A stretch of 64,000 nucleotides of DNA from Nitrospinaceae bacterium (GCA_965223665.1 OZ245011.1:256001-320000), one strand, 5' to 3'; shown: positions 32,131 to 42,066, numbered from the stretch's first letter. The notes: generated by a model from the letters alone, not told the origin. Numbers and translations: made by a program.

Positions 32131-32598
32131 TTAAAATTCAGCAGCTCCAGTTAAATCGCAATTTGGGTACACTTTTTTAAATAAACGTCTGGTTTCTTTT
32201 TTCATAAACCTGGCTTCCTTAAGTGACCGTTCATGATCATAGCCTAGTAAATGCAAAAGGCCATGAATGGTTAGTAAAAGAATTTCTTTTGCTAAAGACA
32301 AACCATGTCGTTTTCCTTGTTGATCTGCTGTTTCAACTGATATTACGATATCACCTAATAGTAATTGACCGTTCTCATTCATAGCATCCTTGTCTTGAGG
32401 AAAGGAAAGAACATCGGTAGATTTATCTTGATTTCGATATTCCCGGTTCAATTCTCTGATTTTGGAATCGCGAGTTAATAATATGCTTAACTCAGAGTCA
32501 TTTTGATCAAGAACTTTTAAAAGAATTTTTATTTGTGACTTTAGTTGTTTGGTATCAATTTTGTGTTTTCGCTGTGCATTCTTTAACAAGATTTCCAT
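32131..32598 (-). CDS. ybeY: rRNA maturation endoribonuclease YbeY
   Basis: TDVLSFP, LGDIVIS, HGLLHLLGYDH. Confidence 0.96.
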   Translation of the reverse strand: MEILLKNAQRKHKIDTKQLKSQIKILLKVLDQNDSELSILLTRDSKIRELNREYRNQDKSTDVLSFPQDKDAMNENGQLLLGDIVISVETADQQGKRHGLSLAKEILLLTIHGLLHLLGYDHERSLKEARFMKKETRRLFKKVYPNCDLTGAAEF

Positions 32599-32672
32599 TC
32601 TTGGACCAAAAATTAAATTTTTTTAAAAACCATAAAATATTAAGAATTCTAAACAATTTTGTTAACTATTGA

Positions 32673-33659
32673 CTAAGTTTTCGGGGTTGAATTGGAGTTA
32701 GATTGTATTGATTTCTCGTATGCATTAACAATTTCTTTAACCAATTCGTGGCGAACCACATCCTTTTCATTAAATTGAATAATTCCGACACCTTCAATAT
32801 GTTTTAAAATGTTTTTAGCATTTACCAAACCAGATGAAATATTTTGAGGTAAGTCTACTTGTGTGACATCCCCCGTTACCACCATTTTGGATCGAAATCC
32901 TAAACGTGTTAAAAACATTTTCATTTGAGGGATAGTTGAGTTCTGGGCTTCATCGAGAATAATAAAGGAATCGTTTAAAGTTCTTCCTCTCATATAAGCC
33001 AAAGGCGCAATTTCAATATGGCCATCCTGGAGCATTTGTTGAACTTGATTGAATTCAACCATATCGTATAGCGCATCATATAGAGGCATAAGGTATGGGT
33101 TGATTTTCTCTGCGATATCACCTGGAAGATAACCTAACTTTTCCCCCGCCTCAACAGCCGGTCGCGTTAATATTATTCGTCTGTATTTATGTTTAAGAAG
33201 CCCCTCAACGGCTAATGCAACTGCAAGGTATGTCTTCCCAGTGCCAGCAGGACCAATTGCTAGCGAAACATCTTTTTCACGAATAGAATGGATCAAGTTC
33301 CGTTGATTTTTTCCCTTAGGAGTTATATATCCTTTTTTAGGAGAAACCGTGATCCTTTCATTGAATAAAGAAAGCAAGTTGACATTTGAGTCTTCAGCTA
33401 TTAAACGAATCGCAAACTTTATGTCTCCATCCGCTAGACGGTGGCCTTCTAACATCATTTGATGAAGTTGCTTTAGAAGGTTTTCAACCGTTTCAATTTT
33501 TTCTGGATCTCCAATGATTTTAATTTGGTTCCCGCGTGTGGTAATACGGACATCAAATTTTTTTTCAATTTGTTTTAAGTTAATATCTTCTGTGCCAAAG
33601 ATATCTGGAATATATTGGTTGGATTCTAAAAGTAGTTCTTTGGTGGAGGTTTGATTCAA
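32673..33659 (-). CDS. phoH: PhoH family ATPase (YbeZ-like)
   Basis: GPAGTGKT, RPAVEAGEKLGYLPG, YMRGRT, DEAQN. Confidence 0.95.
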   Translation of the reverse strand: MNQTSTKELLLESNQYIPDIFGTEDINLKQIEKKFDVRITTRGNQIKIIGDPEKIETVENLLKQLHQMMLEGHRLADGDIKFAIRLIAEDSNVNLLSLFNERITVSPKKGYITPKGKNQRNLIHSIREKDVSLAIGPAGTGKTYLAVALAVEGLLKHKYRRIILTRPAVEAGEKLGYLPGDIAEKINPYLMPLYDALYDMVEFNQVQQMLQDGHIEIAPLAYMRGRTLNDSFIILDEAQNSTIPQMKMFLTRLGFRSKMVVTGDVTQVDLPQNISSGLVNAKNILKHIEGVGIIQFNEKDVVRHELVKEIVNAYEKSIQSNSNSTPKT

Positions 33660-33690
33660 GTATCTAGATTCCCTTATAGCATTTTGAACA

Positions 33691-33720
33691 ATTATAGCTT
33701 GCAGAGAAAAACAAAGTCAA
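33691..33720 (-). promoter_or_regulatory. Sigma70-type promoter upstream of phoH
   Basis: Minus strand TTGACT-N18-TATAAT. Confidence 0.55.
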
Positions 33721-33771
33721 ACCAGTGTGGAAATGTAACTATTTATAAAATAAATGGTTAGCAAGTTTATT

Positions 33772-34329
33772 TTAGCCACCTCGAAAATTAGAACGAATCA
33801 AGCTTAAAAATTCACTTCGTGTGCTCGGATTAGTTTTAAATGTCCCAAGCATAGAACTAGTAATGGTGTATGAGTTTTGTTTTTCTACTCCACGCATGCA
33901 CATGCATAAATGCAACGCCTCTATAACAACCGCCACACCTTTTGGTTTTAAAATTTTATTTATGCATTCTGCAATCTGTAAAGTTAAACGTTCTTGAACC
34001 TGCAAACGACGACTAAAGACATCAACAATTCGAGGGATTTTACTTAAACCAACGATTTTTTCATCCGGAAGGTATGCAACCTGACATTTTCCATAAAAGG
34101 GTAACAGGTGGTGTTCGCACAGGCTAAAAAGGTCTATGTCTTTTACAATAACCATTTCATCTGTTGGTACAGTAAATAGAGCATCATTTATCAATTCATC
34201 TATATTTACCTCGTATCCCCCAGTTAAAAACTTTAAAGATTTGGCTACACGCTCGGGAGTTTTCTTTAGGCCTTCTCTCGATGGGTCTTCACCTAATTCG
34301 ATAAGCAATTTTTCAATGAGTTTTTTCAC
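33772..34329 (-). CDS. folE: GTP cyclohydrolase I
   Basis: [38 protein letters not shown]. Confidence 0.97.
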   Translation of the reverse strand: MKKLIEKLLIELGEDPSREGLKKTPERVAKSLKFLTGGYEVNIDELINDALFTVPTDEMVIVKDIDLFSLCEHHLLPFYGKCQVAYLPDEKIVGLSKIPRIVDVFSRRLQVQERLTLQIAECINKILKPKGVAVVIEALHLCMCMRGVEKQNSYTITSSMLGTFKTNPSTRSEFLSLIRSNFRGG

Positions 34330-34738
34330 TTACTTTCCCTTGATAGACAACGATATTGCGAGGAGATTCATAAAGTTTGATTTCATGGAGGGCGCCTTCT
34401 TCTAGTTTTGCCTCAATAATTTCCCAAAATTTAATTGCTAAGTTTTCAGCCGTAGGTATTATCCCATTTAAAAAAGAAACATCGACGTTTAGATTTTTGT
34501 GATCCACTTTTAGAATGATTTCATTCTCTACAATTTTTTTCAGTTTCTTTAAATCCAAAACCATTCCAGTCTCAGGGGCAACTTCACCTTTAACCGTGAC
34601 TTCAAGAACATAATTGTGGCCATGGCCATTCGGGTTGTTGCATAAGCCAAAAACCTCAGCATTTTTCTCATCCGAAAAACTGGGATTGTAAAGCCGATGA
34701 CTTGCGCAGAATTCTAATTTTCTAGTAATAAAAATCAT
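34313..34738 (-). CDS. 6-pyruvoyl-tetrahydropterin synthase family protein (CX5HGH type)
   Basis: [34 protein letters not shown]. Confidence 0.9.
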   Translation of the reverse strand: MIFITRKLEFCASHRLYNPSFSDEKNAEVFGLCNNPNGHGHNYVLEVTVKGEVAPETGMVLDLKKLKKIVENEIILKVDHKNLNVDVSFLNGIIPTAENLAIKFWEIIEAKLEEGALHEIKLYESPRNIVVYQGKVSEKTH

Positions 34739-34839
34739 TGTAACCAGGCAAAAAAAGAAAAGTTCTAATGTATCAAATCTTTAGGAGGAAACAAAAAAAT
34801 AATGTCGATTAAAAAAATCGAAACGAATTTACCAATAAT

Positions 34840-35031
34840 CTATTTCAAATATTTTCTTTTATTATCAGTAGAATAAAACCCTGAACCATAGAGGTGAAAT
34901 GTGGAATTTGAAACCACCTTAGACAAATTCCCCCCGCATTTTTCACAAGTATCAAGAGGAGCATCACTGGGTTTTTGCAGAACCTCTGTATGCTGCTTGC
35001 ATTTTTCACATTTATATTCATAGATGGGCAT
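34840..35031 (-). CDS. FmdB family zinc-ribbon protein
   Basis: MPIYEYKC..C...C..CGG, GSGFYSTD; AGGAGG RBS. Confidence 0.9.
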   Translation of the reverse strand: MPIYEYKCEKCKQHTEVLQKPSDAPLDTCEKCGGNLSKVVSNSTFHLYGSGFYSTDNKRKYLK

Positions 35032-35051
35032 GGATCCTCCTATGTCTAAAC

Positions 35052-35564
35052 TTAGTGTAAAACCTTGTTTTCGTTTGTTTCATTGTAAGGTAGATAATGA
35101 ATTTTTTGCGAACCTGTTTCTTTTCTAAAAACATCTAGTGTTTTGGGAATATTTTTTTTGACTTCATCCAACAAAAAAACTTTATTGGGAAGGGTTAAGC
35201 CATGTTTAGGGTCAAAAATTCCTACCATTAGTTGCGCGCCGTCCGATAAAATTTGCAGGACAATAAATCGCTTTATATCAAATTTTTGTTGTACTTCAAA
35301 AGGCATCATTAAGGTCATATTTTCCTTTTTAGTCCCATATCGCATTACAGCTTTGCCAGAGGCGACTTCCTGAAATCCAATGGAAGAAATCCAATCTGTT
35401 ATTTCTTTCTTATTACGGCTTTTTGGAAAAACAACAAGGCCAAACTTTTCAAAGTTTTGATACAATTGATACTGGTAAGTATTTGCAGACAGGTCAAAAG
35501 GTTTTGAAAGAATTAAACCCGTCGAAAAGAGAACCCCTAAAAATAATTTTTTTAAAATTCGCAT
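35052..35564 (-). CDS. Hypothetical exported protein
   Basis: 170 aa ORF with signal-peptide-like N terminus, tightly packed between ndk and the FmdB gene. Confidence 0.6.
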   Translation of the reverse strand: MRILKKLFLGVLFSTGLILSKPFDLSANTYQYQLYQNFEKFGLVVFPKSRNKKEITDWISSIGFQEVASGKAVMRYGTKKENMTLMMPFEVQQKFDIKRFIVLQILSDGAQLMVGIFDPKHGLTLPNKVFLLDEVKKNIPKTLDVFRKETGSQKIHYLPYNETNENKVLH

Positions 35565-35603
35565 AGTTTATTTTTACCCACTTCATTTTATAAAAAAATC
35601 ATC

Positions 35604-36023
35604 TTAGTTTTCCAGTATTTCTGTCTTGCTAAAAAAGTAAGAGATTTCAAAAGCGGCATTTTCAAGGGAATCTGAACCATGTACTGAGTTTTTTTCGATA
35701 TCGATCGCAAAGTCTTTCCGAATAGTTCCCTCGTCAGCTTCTTTTGGGTTGGTGGCTCCCATTAGTTGTCGCCAATGGAACATTGCATTTTCTCTCTTTA
35801 AAACCAGGAGAACAACCGGACCACTACTCATAAATGTAGTTAAATCTCCAAAAAAGGGGCGATCCTTATGAACCTGATAGAATCCTTCAGATTCTTTTTT
35901 TGACAAATGATATCGTTTAATAGCAACAATTTGAAATCCGTCTGATTCTATTCTTTCCAAAATTTTTCCAATTAGATTTCTTTCGACTGCATCAGGTTTG
36001 ATGATTGCGAGGGTTTTTTCCAT
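35604..36023 (-). CDS. ndk: Nucleoside diphosphate kinase
   Basis: [29 protein letters not shown]. Confidence 0.97.
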   Translation of the reverse strand: MEKTLAIIKPDAVERNLIGKILERIESDGFQIVAIKRYHLSKKESEGFYQVHKDRPFFGDLTTFMSSGPVVLLVLKRENAMFHWRQLMGATNPKEADEGTIRKDFAIDIEKNSVHGSDSLENAAFEISYFFSKTEILEN

Positions 36024-36059
36024 GTTTTAAATTTTGCTTTCTCTAGTTGTTAATAAAGT

Positions 36060-36093
36060 AAAAAAAAAGGTATTTGGGAGAATCCCAAATACC
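36060..36093 (-). terminator. Rho-independent terminator after the oxidoreductase operon
   Basis: GGTATTTGGGA-gaa-TCCCAAATACC stem with A-run at 36060-36068 (U-tract on minus strand). Confidence 0.8.
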
Positions 36094-36115
36094 CTTTTGA
36101 ATTTAATCTTTAAAT

Positions 36116-36379
36116 TTACCGCTGAACCACTCCGATGCGCTTAATGACAAAACGATCTTCCAAATTGTTAATCCATTTCATTTGAATCGCATCGTTTTTA
36201 GCTACATCGCGGCAAATATAGACACAGATTTCGCAGGACTTACATCGGTCTACAGAAACATAAGCCGATTTATCCTTCTCACTGTAATTAATGCAATTTG
36301 CCTCAGGACAATAAGTTGTACAGAGATGGCAATTAGTTTCAGCGCAAATTTTTCTATCTACATCTGCAATGTAATACAT
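36116..36379 (-). CDS. 4Fe-4S ferredoxin-like epsilon subunit of For/Por-type 2-oxoacid:ferredoxin oxidoreductase
   Basis: C....C..C...CP and C..C..C...C clusters; last gene of the operon. Confidence 0.85.
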   Translation of the reverse strand: MYYIADVDRKICAETNCHLCTTYCPEANCINYSEKDKSAYVSVDRCKSCEICVYICRDVAKNDAIQMKWINNLEDRFVIKRIGVVQR

Positions 36380-36400
36380 GATTTCTCCAATTTTACAAAT

Positions 36401-37108
36401 TTAAACAGCTACAGTGTCTTTCTTTTCGGCCTGAGCGCCCCATTTATTATCTACTGCAAATTGGTACGCGGCTTTAATAGTATTCATATTTGCTTCCAAA
36501 AGTTTAGCTTTCTTGGCAAACTTTTTATCAATAACACTATCTAATGCTGCGGTCCCACCGGAAACAACAATTCCTTTACCAATGAAACGGTCTTTTACAG
36601 ATTCTTCAATGGCATCCATGGCTGGCATTCCAAAAATAGCTGAAATCGCTCCCACCATTGCCATGTTAGTCGCCAATTCTGTACCTGCAACATCATTAGC
36701 CAATTCAGTAGCAGGAAGATAATAAATATTTGCTTCCTTCTCTTCTAATTCGCGAGCTTCGTCAGGGACGAAATTAAGTGGAGTCTTGTTATTGATCAAA
36801 ATATGTCCTTTTTGCTTTAAACCCGTGTAAAAAGGCATGGTATAGGATTTCCCCAAAGTAATAACCTGGGCACTGAAAATCATGAGAACATTAGGGTATA
36901 CAATTTCCCCAATTTCATAAATTTCGCCGTTGGAAATCCTTACATAACTTTCTACAGGAGCATTTCTTTTTTCAGAACCGAAAAAAGGAACAAGAGAACT
37001 ATGACCTTTAGCAATAACAACCGCATTACTTAAAATGTGCGAGGCGGTTACAACCCCCTGACCGCCAATTCCGGCCATACGAACATTATACCGTTTAACT
37101 TCTGCCAT
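36401..37108 (-). CDS. 2-oxoacid:ferredoxin oxidoreductase gamma subunit
   Basis: GIGGQGVVTA, PFFGSEKR.APV, NMAMVGA. Confidence 0.92.
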   Translation of the reverse strand: MAEVKRYNVRMAGIGGQGVVTASHILSNAVVIAKGHSSLVPFFGSEKRNAPVESYVRISNGEIYEIGEIVYPNVLMIFSAQVITLGKSYTMPFYTGLKQKGHILINNKTPLNFVPDEARELEEKEANIYYLPATELANDVAGTELATNMAMVGAISAIFGMPAMDAIEESVKDRFIGKGIVVSGGTAALDSVIDKKFAKKAKLLEANMNTIKAAYQFAVDNKWGAQAEKKDTVAV

Positions 37109-37128
37109 GGATTTGATTCCTCCTTTAA

Positions 37129-38010
37129 TTACTTCTGACGGGCCTCTTTGGCCTTTTCTTTTGCTTTCTTTTCTAAATCAGTAATGTACTCTTTTGCATC
37201 ATCGGACATAATTTCTAAGAATCCATAACGCTCTTTTTCAACTTCAAATGCATCTTTCATTACATCTGGAGTAGGAATAGCATATTCAATATTACATGAA
37301 GTATAGGCTTGGATATAAGTGGGGCCAATTTCTCTTGCGATCATAATAGCCCGCCTTACTGTTCTAACAACACGCGCCGGATTAGTAGGTGCAATTCGAG
37401 CAATGTAGGCACAACCCGCTACTTTTGCTAAACCAATTGCATCAATTTTATCCTGGATTTTTCCACGTGGAGCCATTTTCAGAACTCGCCCCTTCATAGT
37501 CATACCACTTTCCTGACCACCTGTGTTCCCATATACTTCATTGTCCAGCATAATAGTGGTGAATTTTTCACCACGGAACCAAGAGTGCATTAAACCCTGA
37601 AAACCGATATCAATGAGCCCACCGTCTCCCGCCATTACAATAACGTCTTTAAACTGATTGGGGAAGCGTGCATCCAAACCTCTTTTAAGTCCGGAAGCAA
37701 CAGAGTTGGTATCCCCATAATTTCCATAAATAAAAGGGATATTGGCTTGAGTAATAGCTAATCGCCCACAACCTGCGGTACCAACGTTAATGGTATGCTC
37801 AGGGTTAGGAAGAGCTAGCATAGTCAAACGAATAAAAAGAGTCATGGCGCAGCCAGCGCACATGGGATGTTCTTCTATTAATTCCTTGAACTTACCCATA
37901 TCAGTGACTTTCATTTCTTTTCCATATTGCCCAGACTCAAGTAAATCTCTGTATTCTACCGGTAAGATTTTTTCAAAACCTGGAGAAGGTTTGATAGTTT
38001 CTAGAGACAT
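37129..38010 (-). CDS. 2-oxoacid:ferredoxin oxidoreductase beta (TPP-binding) subunit
   Basis: CAGC, TAGC, GDGG...DNEVYGNTGGQ. Confidence 0.93.
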   Translation of the reverse strand: MSLETIKPSPGFEKILPVEYRDLLESGQYGKEMKVTDMGKFKELIEEHPMCAGCAMTLFIRLTMLALPNPEHTINVGTAGCGRLAITQANIPFIYGNYGDTNSVASGLKRGLDARFPNQFKDVIVMAGDGGLIDIGFQGLMHSWFRGEKFTTIMLDNEVYGNTGGQESGMTMKGRVLKMAPRGKIQDKIDAIGLAKVAGCAYIARIAPTNPARVVRTVRRAIMIAREIGPTYIQAYTSCNIEYAIPTPDVMKDAFEVEKERYGFLEIMSDDAKEYITDLEKKAKEKAKEARQK

Positions 38011-38188
38011 GATTTTGACCTTTCTATATTATAAATTTCGATTATCTAAAGTTGAAAAATTGACTAATAAATAGACAATTAGTAATTGTCAATTCATTAT
38101 AAATGGAATTGACTGAATTAAAAAGCGAACATTATAACAAAAACCAATCATTAAGCAATAAACTGACTGGGCTTTGTTTGATAGTCTT

Positions 38189-39382
38189 TTATTTTCTTAA
38201 TTTTGCCAACCATTCCAAAATCATTTCAGTTGGCATACTCATTCCACCATAAACCCTTGGGCCTGCCATAATTTCAGCATCTACATTACCATAAAGCGAG
38301 GCACATAATTCCTTGTGCAACCAGCCTGCTTGATTAAACTCAGGGACAAGTATTTGCTTAGCATTCTTCAGAGCATTGATTATTTCTACACCGGGCCAAG
38401 GACGAATGGTTTTTATTTTTATTAAGCCCACCTGACGGCCTTGTTCTTCTTCTTGTCTAACAGCTTCCCGGGCTTGTGAAACTGCAGAACCGGAGGCAAC
38501 AATAAAAACCTCTGCCTCTGGGTTGACGACTTCAATAAGATCACCAATATATCGTCTCCAATGTTTGGCAGAACGATTAACAGCAGCAAATACTTCTTGT
38601 TGCCATGACGCATGCATATGGTAACTAATAAAGTTACTTTTCTGAATTGGCGAATCCCGAGCAATACGGGCTGGCGGGTTTTCATTATCCATTGCGGGAA
38701 CCGCTGAGCGCCAACCATCACGCGGCGGTATTTTATATTCTTCTGATTGCATCATGACATTTCCACGGGCATGAGTCACAAAAAAACCATCCACAGATAC
38801 GATGGCAGGTAAAGTAACATCAACTTCTTCGGAAACTAAAAATGCCGCCAGAGAAAAATCATAGAAGTCTTGTTGGTTTTCGGCATGGGCGTGCAAAACC
38901 CCGGTATCCAATAAAAATGAAATTTCAATATTATCAGGTTGAATTGCCAATGGAGTATTAATTACTCGGCACATGTTAAGCATAACTAACGGAAGACGGG
39001 CGCCTGGCCATGAGGAGATAGCTTCCATTCCACGCATAAGACCAGGACCAGAAGTTGCAGTTAGTGATCGTACGCCTGCTCGGGAGGATCCGCCAATAGC
39101 GGACATAACCCCGATTTCTTCTTCACCTCGGTAATATTCTTTTAAATAGCCTTCGTCAAAAAGGTATCCCACTTGTTGCATGGTTTCACTTTGAGGAGTG
39201 ATGGGATAAGAAATTGCAATGTCTACATTGGCTCTTCGAATAGCTTCTCGAGCCGCTTCACTACCGGTGATAAATTGAAATTCGCGAGGGGCCTCATGGA
39301 AAAACCAATCTGGGTCCACGACTTTCTGTAAATCTCCCTTGGGTACCCATTCCTCTTTTTTTGCAGCCTGTTGATCTGACAT
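38189..39382 (-). CDS. 2-oxoacid:ferredoxin oxidoreductase alpha subunit (probably the 2-oxoglutarate For type)
   Basis: YPITPQSE, ATSGPG, RPWP; about 400 aa stand-alone alpha subunit. Confidence 0.92.
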   Translation of the reverse strand: MSDQQAAKKEEWVPKGDLQKVVDPDWFFHEAPREFQFITGSEAAREAIRRANVDIAISYPITPQSETMQQVGYLFDEGYLKEYYRGEEEIGVMSAIGGSSRAGVRSLTATSGPGLMRGMEAISSWPGARLPLVMLNMCRVINTPLAIQPDNIEISFLLDTGVLHAHAENQQDFYDFSLAAFLVSEEVDVTLPAIVSVDGFFVTHARGNVMMQSEEYKIPPRDGWRSAVPAMDNENPPARIARDSPIQKSNFISYHMHASWQQEVFAAVNRSAKHWRRYIGDLIEVVNPEAEVFIVASGSAVSQAREAVRQEEEQGRQVGLIKIKTIRPWPGVEIINALKNAKQILVPEFNQAGWLHKELCASLYGNVDAEIMAGPRVYGGMSMPTEMILEWLAKLRK

Positions 39383-39490
39383 ATCTTTCCTCGTTAAAAA
39401 GATGTAGTAATTAAATTATTTATTAAAAAATTTCTTTATAGGAAACAAATAGTTAAAGAGTTATAACCGCTTTATACGAAGTGGTGGTAC

Positions 39491-39519
39491 AACTTACCAC
39501 GTTTGCGGGCTTTATACAA
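39491..39519 (-). promoter_or_regulatory. Putative sigma70 promoter for the oxidoreductase operon
   Basis: Minus strand TTGTAT-N17-TAAGTT with extended -10 TG. Confidence 0.4.
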
Positions 39520-39728
39520 TTTTTATGAGCTTCTTCCAGTAAAAAAAATCTATTATTTTTCTAGTTTTTATCAAGGAAAAGATAAATCAATAAACTCAAA
39601 GCAAATATACCTTTAACTTATTGTAATTCATTGGCTTATTTGACTAACAGATTAAATCTTTAAATCAAAATAAAATAAAGCGCTTAATATACATTTTGGG
39701 TTCGGACCAGAGATAGCACTTTTAGAGA

Positions 39729-40046
39729 TCAATCCTTGATCATATTTTCTAAGGTGTCTAATTCCTTAAAGTAAGAAAACGCTTTTTTAAGAAATTCGTT
39801 TAAGTTTTTATCATTTTTAAATGATAATGTCTTATCAGCCAAGTCCGTTGTATGGCAGACCTCATATTGAAGTGTTTCTTTATTTTTGTATTTAATTACA
39901 TCTACCACCCAGTGTAGAGCGGTGACATCTTCTTTTGCTGGACTTAATGCGGCAATCCCATAATTTTGAACTCTATATAAAAGTTGAACACCCCCTTGGC
40001 CATTGGGTTCAGCCCGGGTCAATACTAAGTTGTCTTGGGTTATCAT
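39729..40046 (-). CDS. Hypothetical protein
   Basis: 105 aa ORF with GAGGAG RBS; no recognised motif. Confidence 0.7.
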   Translation of the reverse strand: MITQDNLVLTRAEPNGQGGVQLLYRVQNYGIAALSPAKEDVTALHWVVDVIKYKNKETLQYEVCHTTDLADKTLSFKNDKNLNEFLKKAFSYFKELDTLENMIKD

Positions 40047-40228
40047 AAAAGGCTCCTCAGTTGCAATCTTCCAAAATTCTTAGAGTTGTGAACACTGATA
40101 CTCAAAAATTACTATGCTACTATATTGCATTTAAATTGGTAAAAGCTAACAAAATAAACTATCTATATTCAAAATCTTTTCTTAATCAACACGCATCTAT
40201 AGGAATAATAAAGGAGAAAAAACTGACT

Positions 40229-40516
40229 ATGAAACCCATTGAATTAAACAATCCTGTTGAAATAGAAGAATTTTTGAGCAAAATCAGTTTCACAGGAAAA
40301 GGGTTTACTTCGGATTCTTTAATCGTAGATGTCTGGGATGCAGGCCTGGACTATCCAGATTTTCTCAAGGCTGAAGGGGAGGACCCAGGGGCTCGTTATG
40401 AGGGGAAATCTCCTGCTTGGGCGAAATATCATGTCAGACAAGGTAAAAGAGTATTTATGGTTTATGGGGGTGAAAATCAGGGAGAGCGTCGAACTCATTT
40501 TTCTGAAACACCCTAG
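40229..40516 (+). CDS. Hypothetical protein
   Basis: ATG 40229 with AAGGAG upstream; the longer upstream extension in the ORF track looks non-coding. Confidence 0.68.
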   Translation: MKPIELNNPVEIEEFLSKISFTGKGFTSDSLIVDVWDAGLDYPDFLKAEGEDPGARYEGKSPAWAKYHVRQGKRVFMVYGGENQGERRTHFSETP

Positions 40517-40599
40517 ATTAACTGTTTAAAACCACCCCTCCGAAACTATTAATAATAGGGAATCTATATAAAAACTATAGTTTCTTTTTGGAGTCATTT

Positions 40600-41043
40600 A
40601 TGAGATTTGATAAGGAAACACAAACGCGTATTCTGCGGGTAGCTGGAGACCGATCAGAGGGTCTGGATATTCCAGAAGTGGATGAACGAATTGCAGAAAT
40701 AATGGATTTACATCCTGAATTTGATTCTGCCTGGGAGATGGGAGAGTTAGCCATTTATCCTCAAGAAATAGAAGGGAAAATAGTAAACCCTTTTGTGCAT
40801 ACTGTTTTTCATGTGATGATTGATAAGCAAATAACTGATGAGTCTCCGGATTTTGTCGCGGAAACCTACCAACGACTTTTGGATGAGGGGGTGGAATCTC
40901 ACGATGCGTTACACGCCATAATTGGAGTTTATGCAGAAATTTACTTTTCCATGATGCGCCAGGGAGAAACATTCAGTAATTTGGATTATAAAGAACAATT
41001 AAGCAGGTTGGATAAAGAAAACTCAGCGGGTAAAGAAATTTAG
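40600..41043 (+). CDS. DUF1841 family protein
   Basis: HPEF, NPF.H...H..I..QI, HDA.H motifs; GGAG RBS. Confidence 0.8.
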   Translation: MRFDKETQTRILRVAGDRSEGLDIPEVDERIAEIMDLHPEFDSAWEMGELAIYPQEIEGKIVNPFVHTVFHVMIDKQITDESPDFVAETYQRLLDEGVESHDALHAIIGVYAEIYFSMMRQGETFSNLDYKEQLSRLDKENSAGKEI

Positions 41044-41094
41044 TTTCGAATAAGTGCTTAGATTTTTGAGAGAAGATCTTGGGAGAGTTGGATA

Positions 41095-41541
41095 ATGAGG
41101 AATGCAATTATTTTTAATGTGCTGATGCATTGTGTTGTTTTAGTATATGCAAGCGAAGCCATGGCTAATACTGCAGGAATTCAACTTCAAGAGCTGTCTG
41201 ATAAAATAAAAGTATGCGAAAAACTAGTTCAAGAATTTAAACATCCTTTTACCGGCCAAACCATGAAGCGATCTGTAAATGGGTTTAAGGGAGATAAATG
41301 TAATTATTTAGAAGAAATGCCGGGAAATATGAAAATGGAATGCAATTATCCAAAAGAGAAGTTGAAAGAAATTTCGGAATATTATAGAAATCCCGGTGCA
41401 TTTGGAAGTAGGGTAAAATCTAAAACAAAAATTAAGGATGGCAAACCAGAAACAGAAACCAAACATTTTAAAGGAAATCAAGAAGTCAAAAATCCCCTGC
41501 AAGAAAGCCTTCAAAATGGGGAATGTGTGGTTAAAAAATAA
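41095..41541 (+). CDS. Exported cysteine-containing hypothetical protein
   Basis: Signal peptide (AMA-like site), four Cys in the mature region. Confidence 0.68.
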   Translation: MRNAIIFNVLMHCVVLVYASEAMANTAGIQLQELSDKIKVCEKLVQEFKHPFTGQTMKRSVNGFKGDKCNYLEEMPGNMKMECNYPKEKLKEISEYYRNPGAFGSRVKSKTKIKDGKPETETKHFKGNQEVKNPLQESLQNGECVVKK

Positions 41542-41622
41542 TTCTTTATTTCTTCCTTCAATATATTCGGCTCAAGTAAAATTTAAAAATTTTTATAACC
41601 TTTATACCCCTTCTTTAAAAAA

Positions 41623-41976
41623 ATGAGCCAAATGAAATTAGTAACTTTGTATAGGCCTTGTGGGTCAAAAGAGCTTAACCTTGTTTCCGAAAACGAGTAT
41701 ACGCGCTGGCCTTTCAGGTTACCTGACCAACCCATTTTTTACCCGGTTACAAATGAAAAATATGCCAAGGAAATTAATAAGTGGAATGTAGAGCAATCTG
41801 GAATAGGGTATGTAACTAGATTTTTTGTTAAAAGCGAATTTATGGAAAAATATCCCGTTCAACAGGTAGGAGCGAGCTATCATACTGAGTGGTGGATTCC
41901 ATGTGAAGATTTAGAGGAATTAAATAAAAATATTGTTGGAAAAATTGAAGTTATTTACGAAGAAACTAAGGAATAA
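41623..41976 (+). CDS. Small conserved protein of a family commonly labelled ADP-ribosylation/crystallin J1-associated
   Basis: TLYRP.G..EL, RLP.QPIFYPV.NE.YA..I, H.E.WIP.E.LEE.N..IVG.IEV recalled family signature. Confidence 0.7.
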   Translation: MSQMKLVTLYRPCGSKELNLVSENEYTRWPFRLPDQPIFYPVTNEKYAKEINKWNVEQSGIGYVTRFFVKSEFMEKYPVQQVGASYHTEWWIPCEDLEELNKNIVGKIEVIYEETKE

Positions 41977-42066
41977 TTATAAGGCCGTCAATTAGTTCGA
42001 AATTAAAAGATTTGGTTGCGTTGATGTGTATATGTATTTTAATTTTTAAAGAATTTCAAAATAAAT

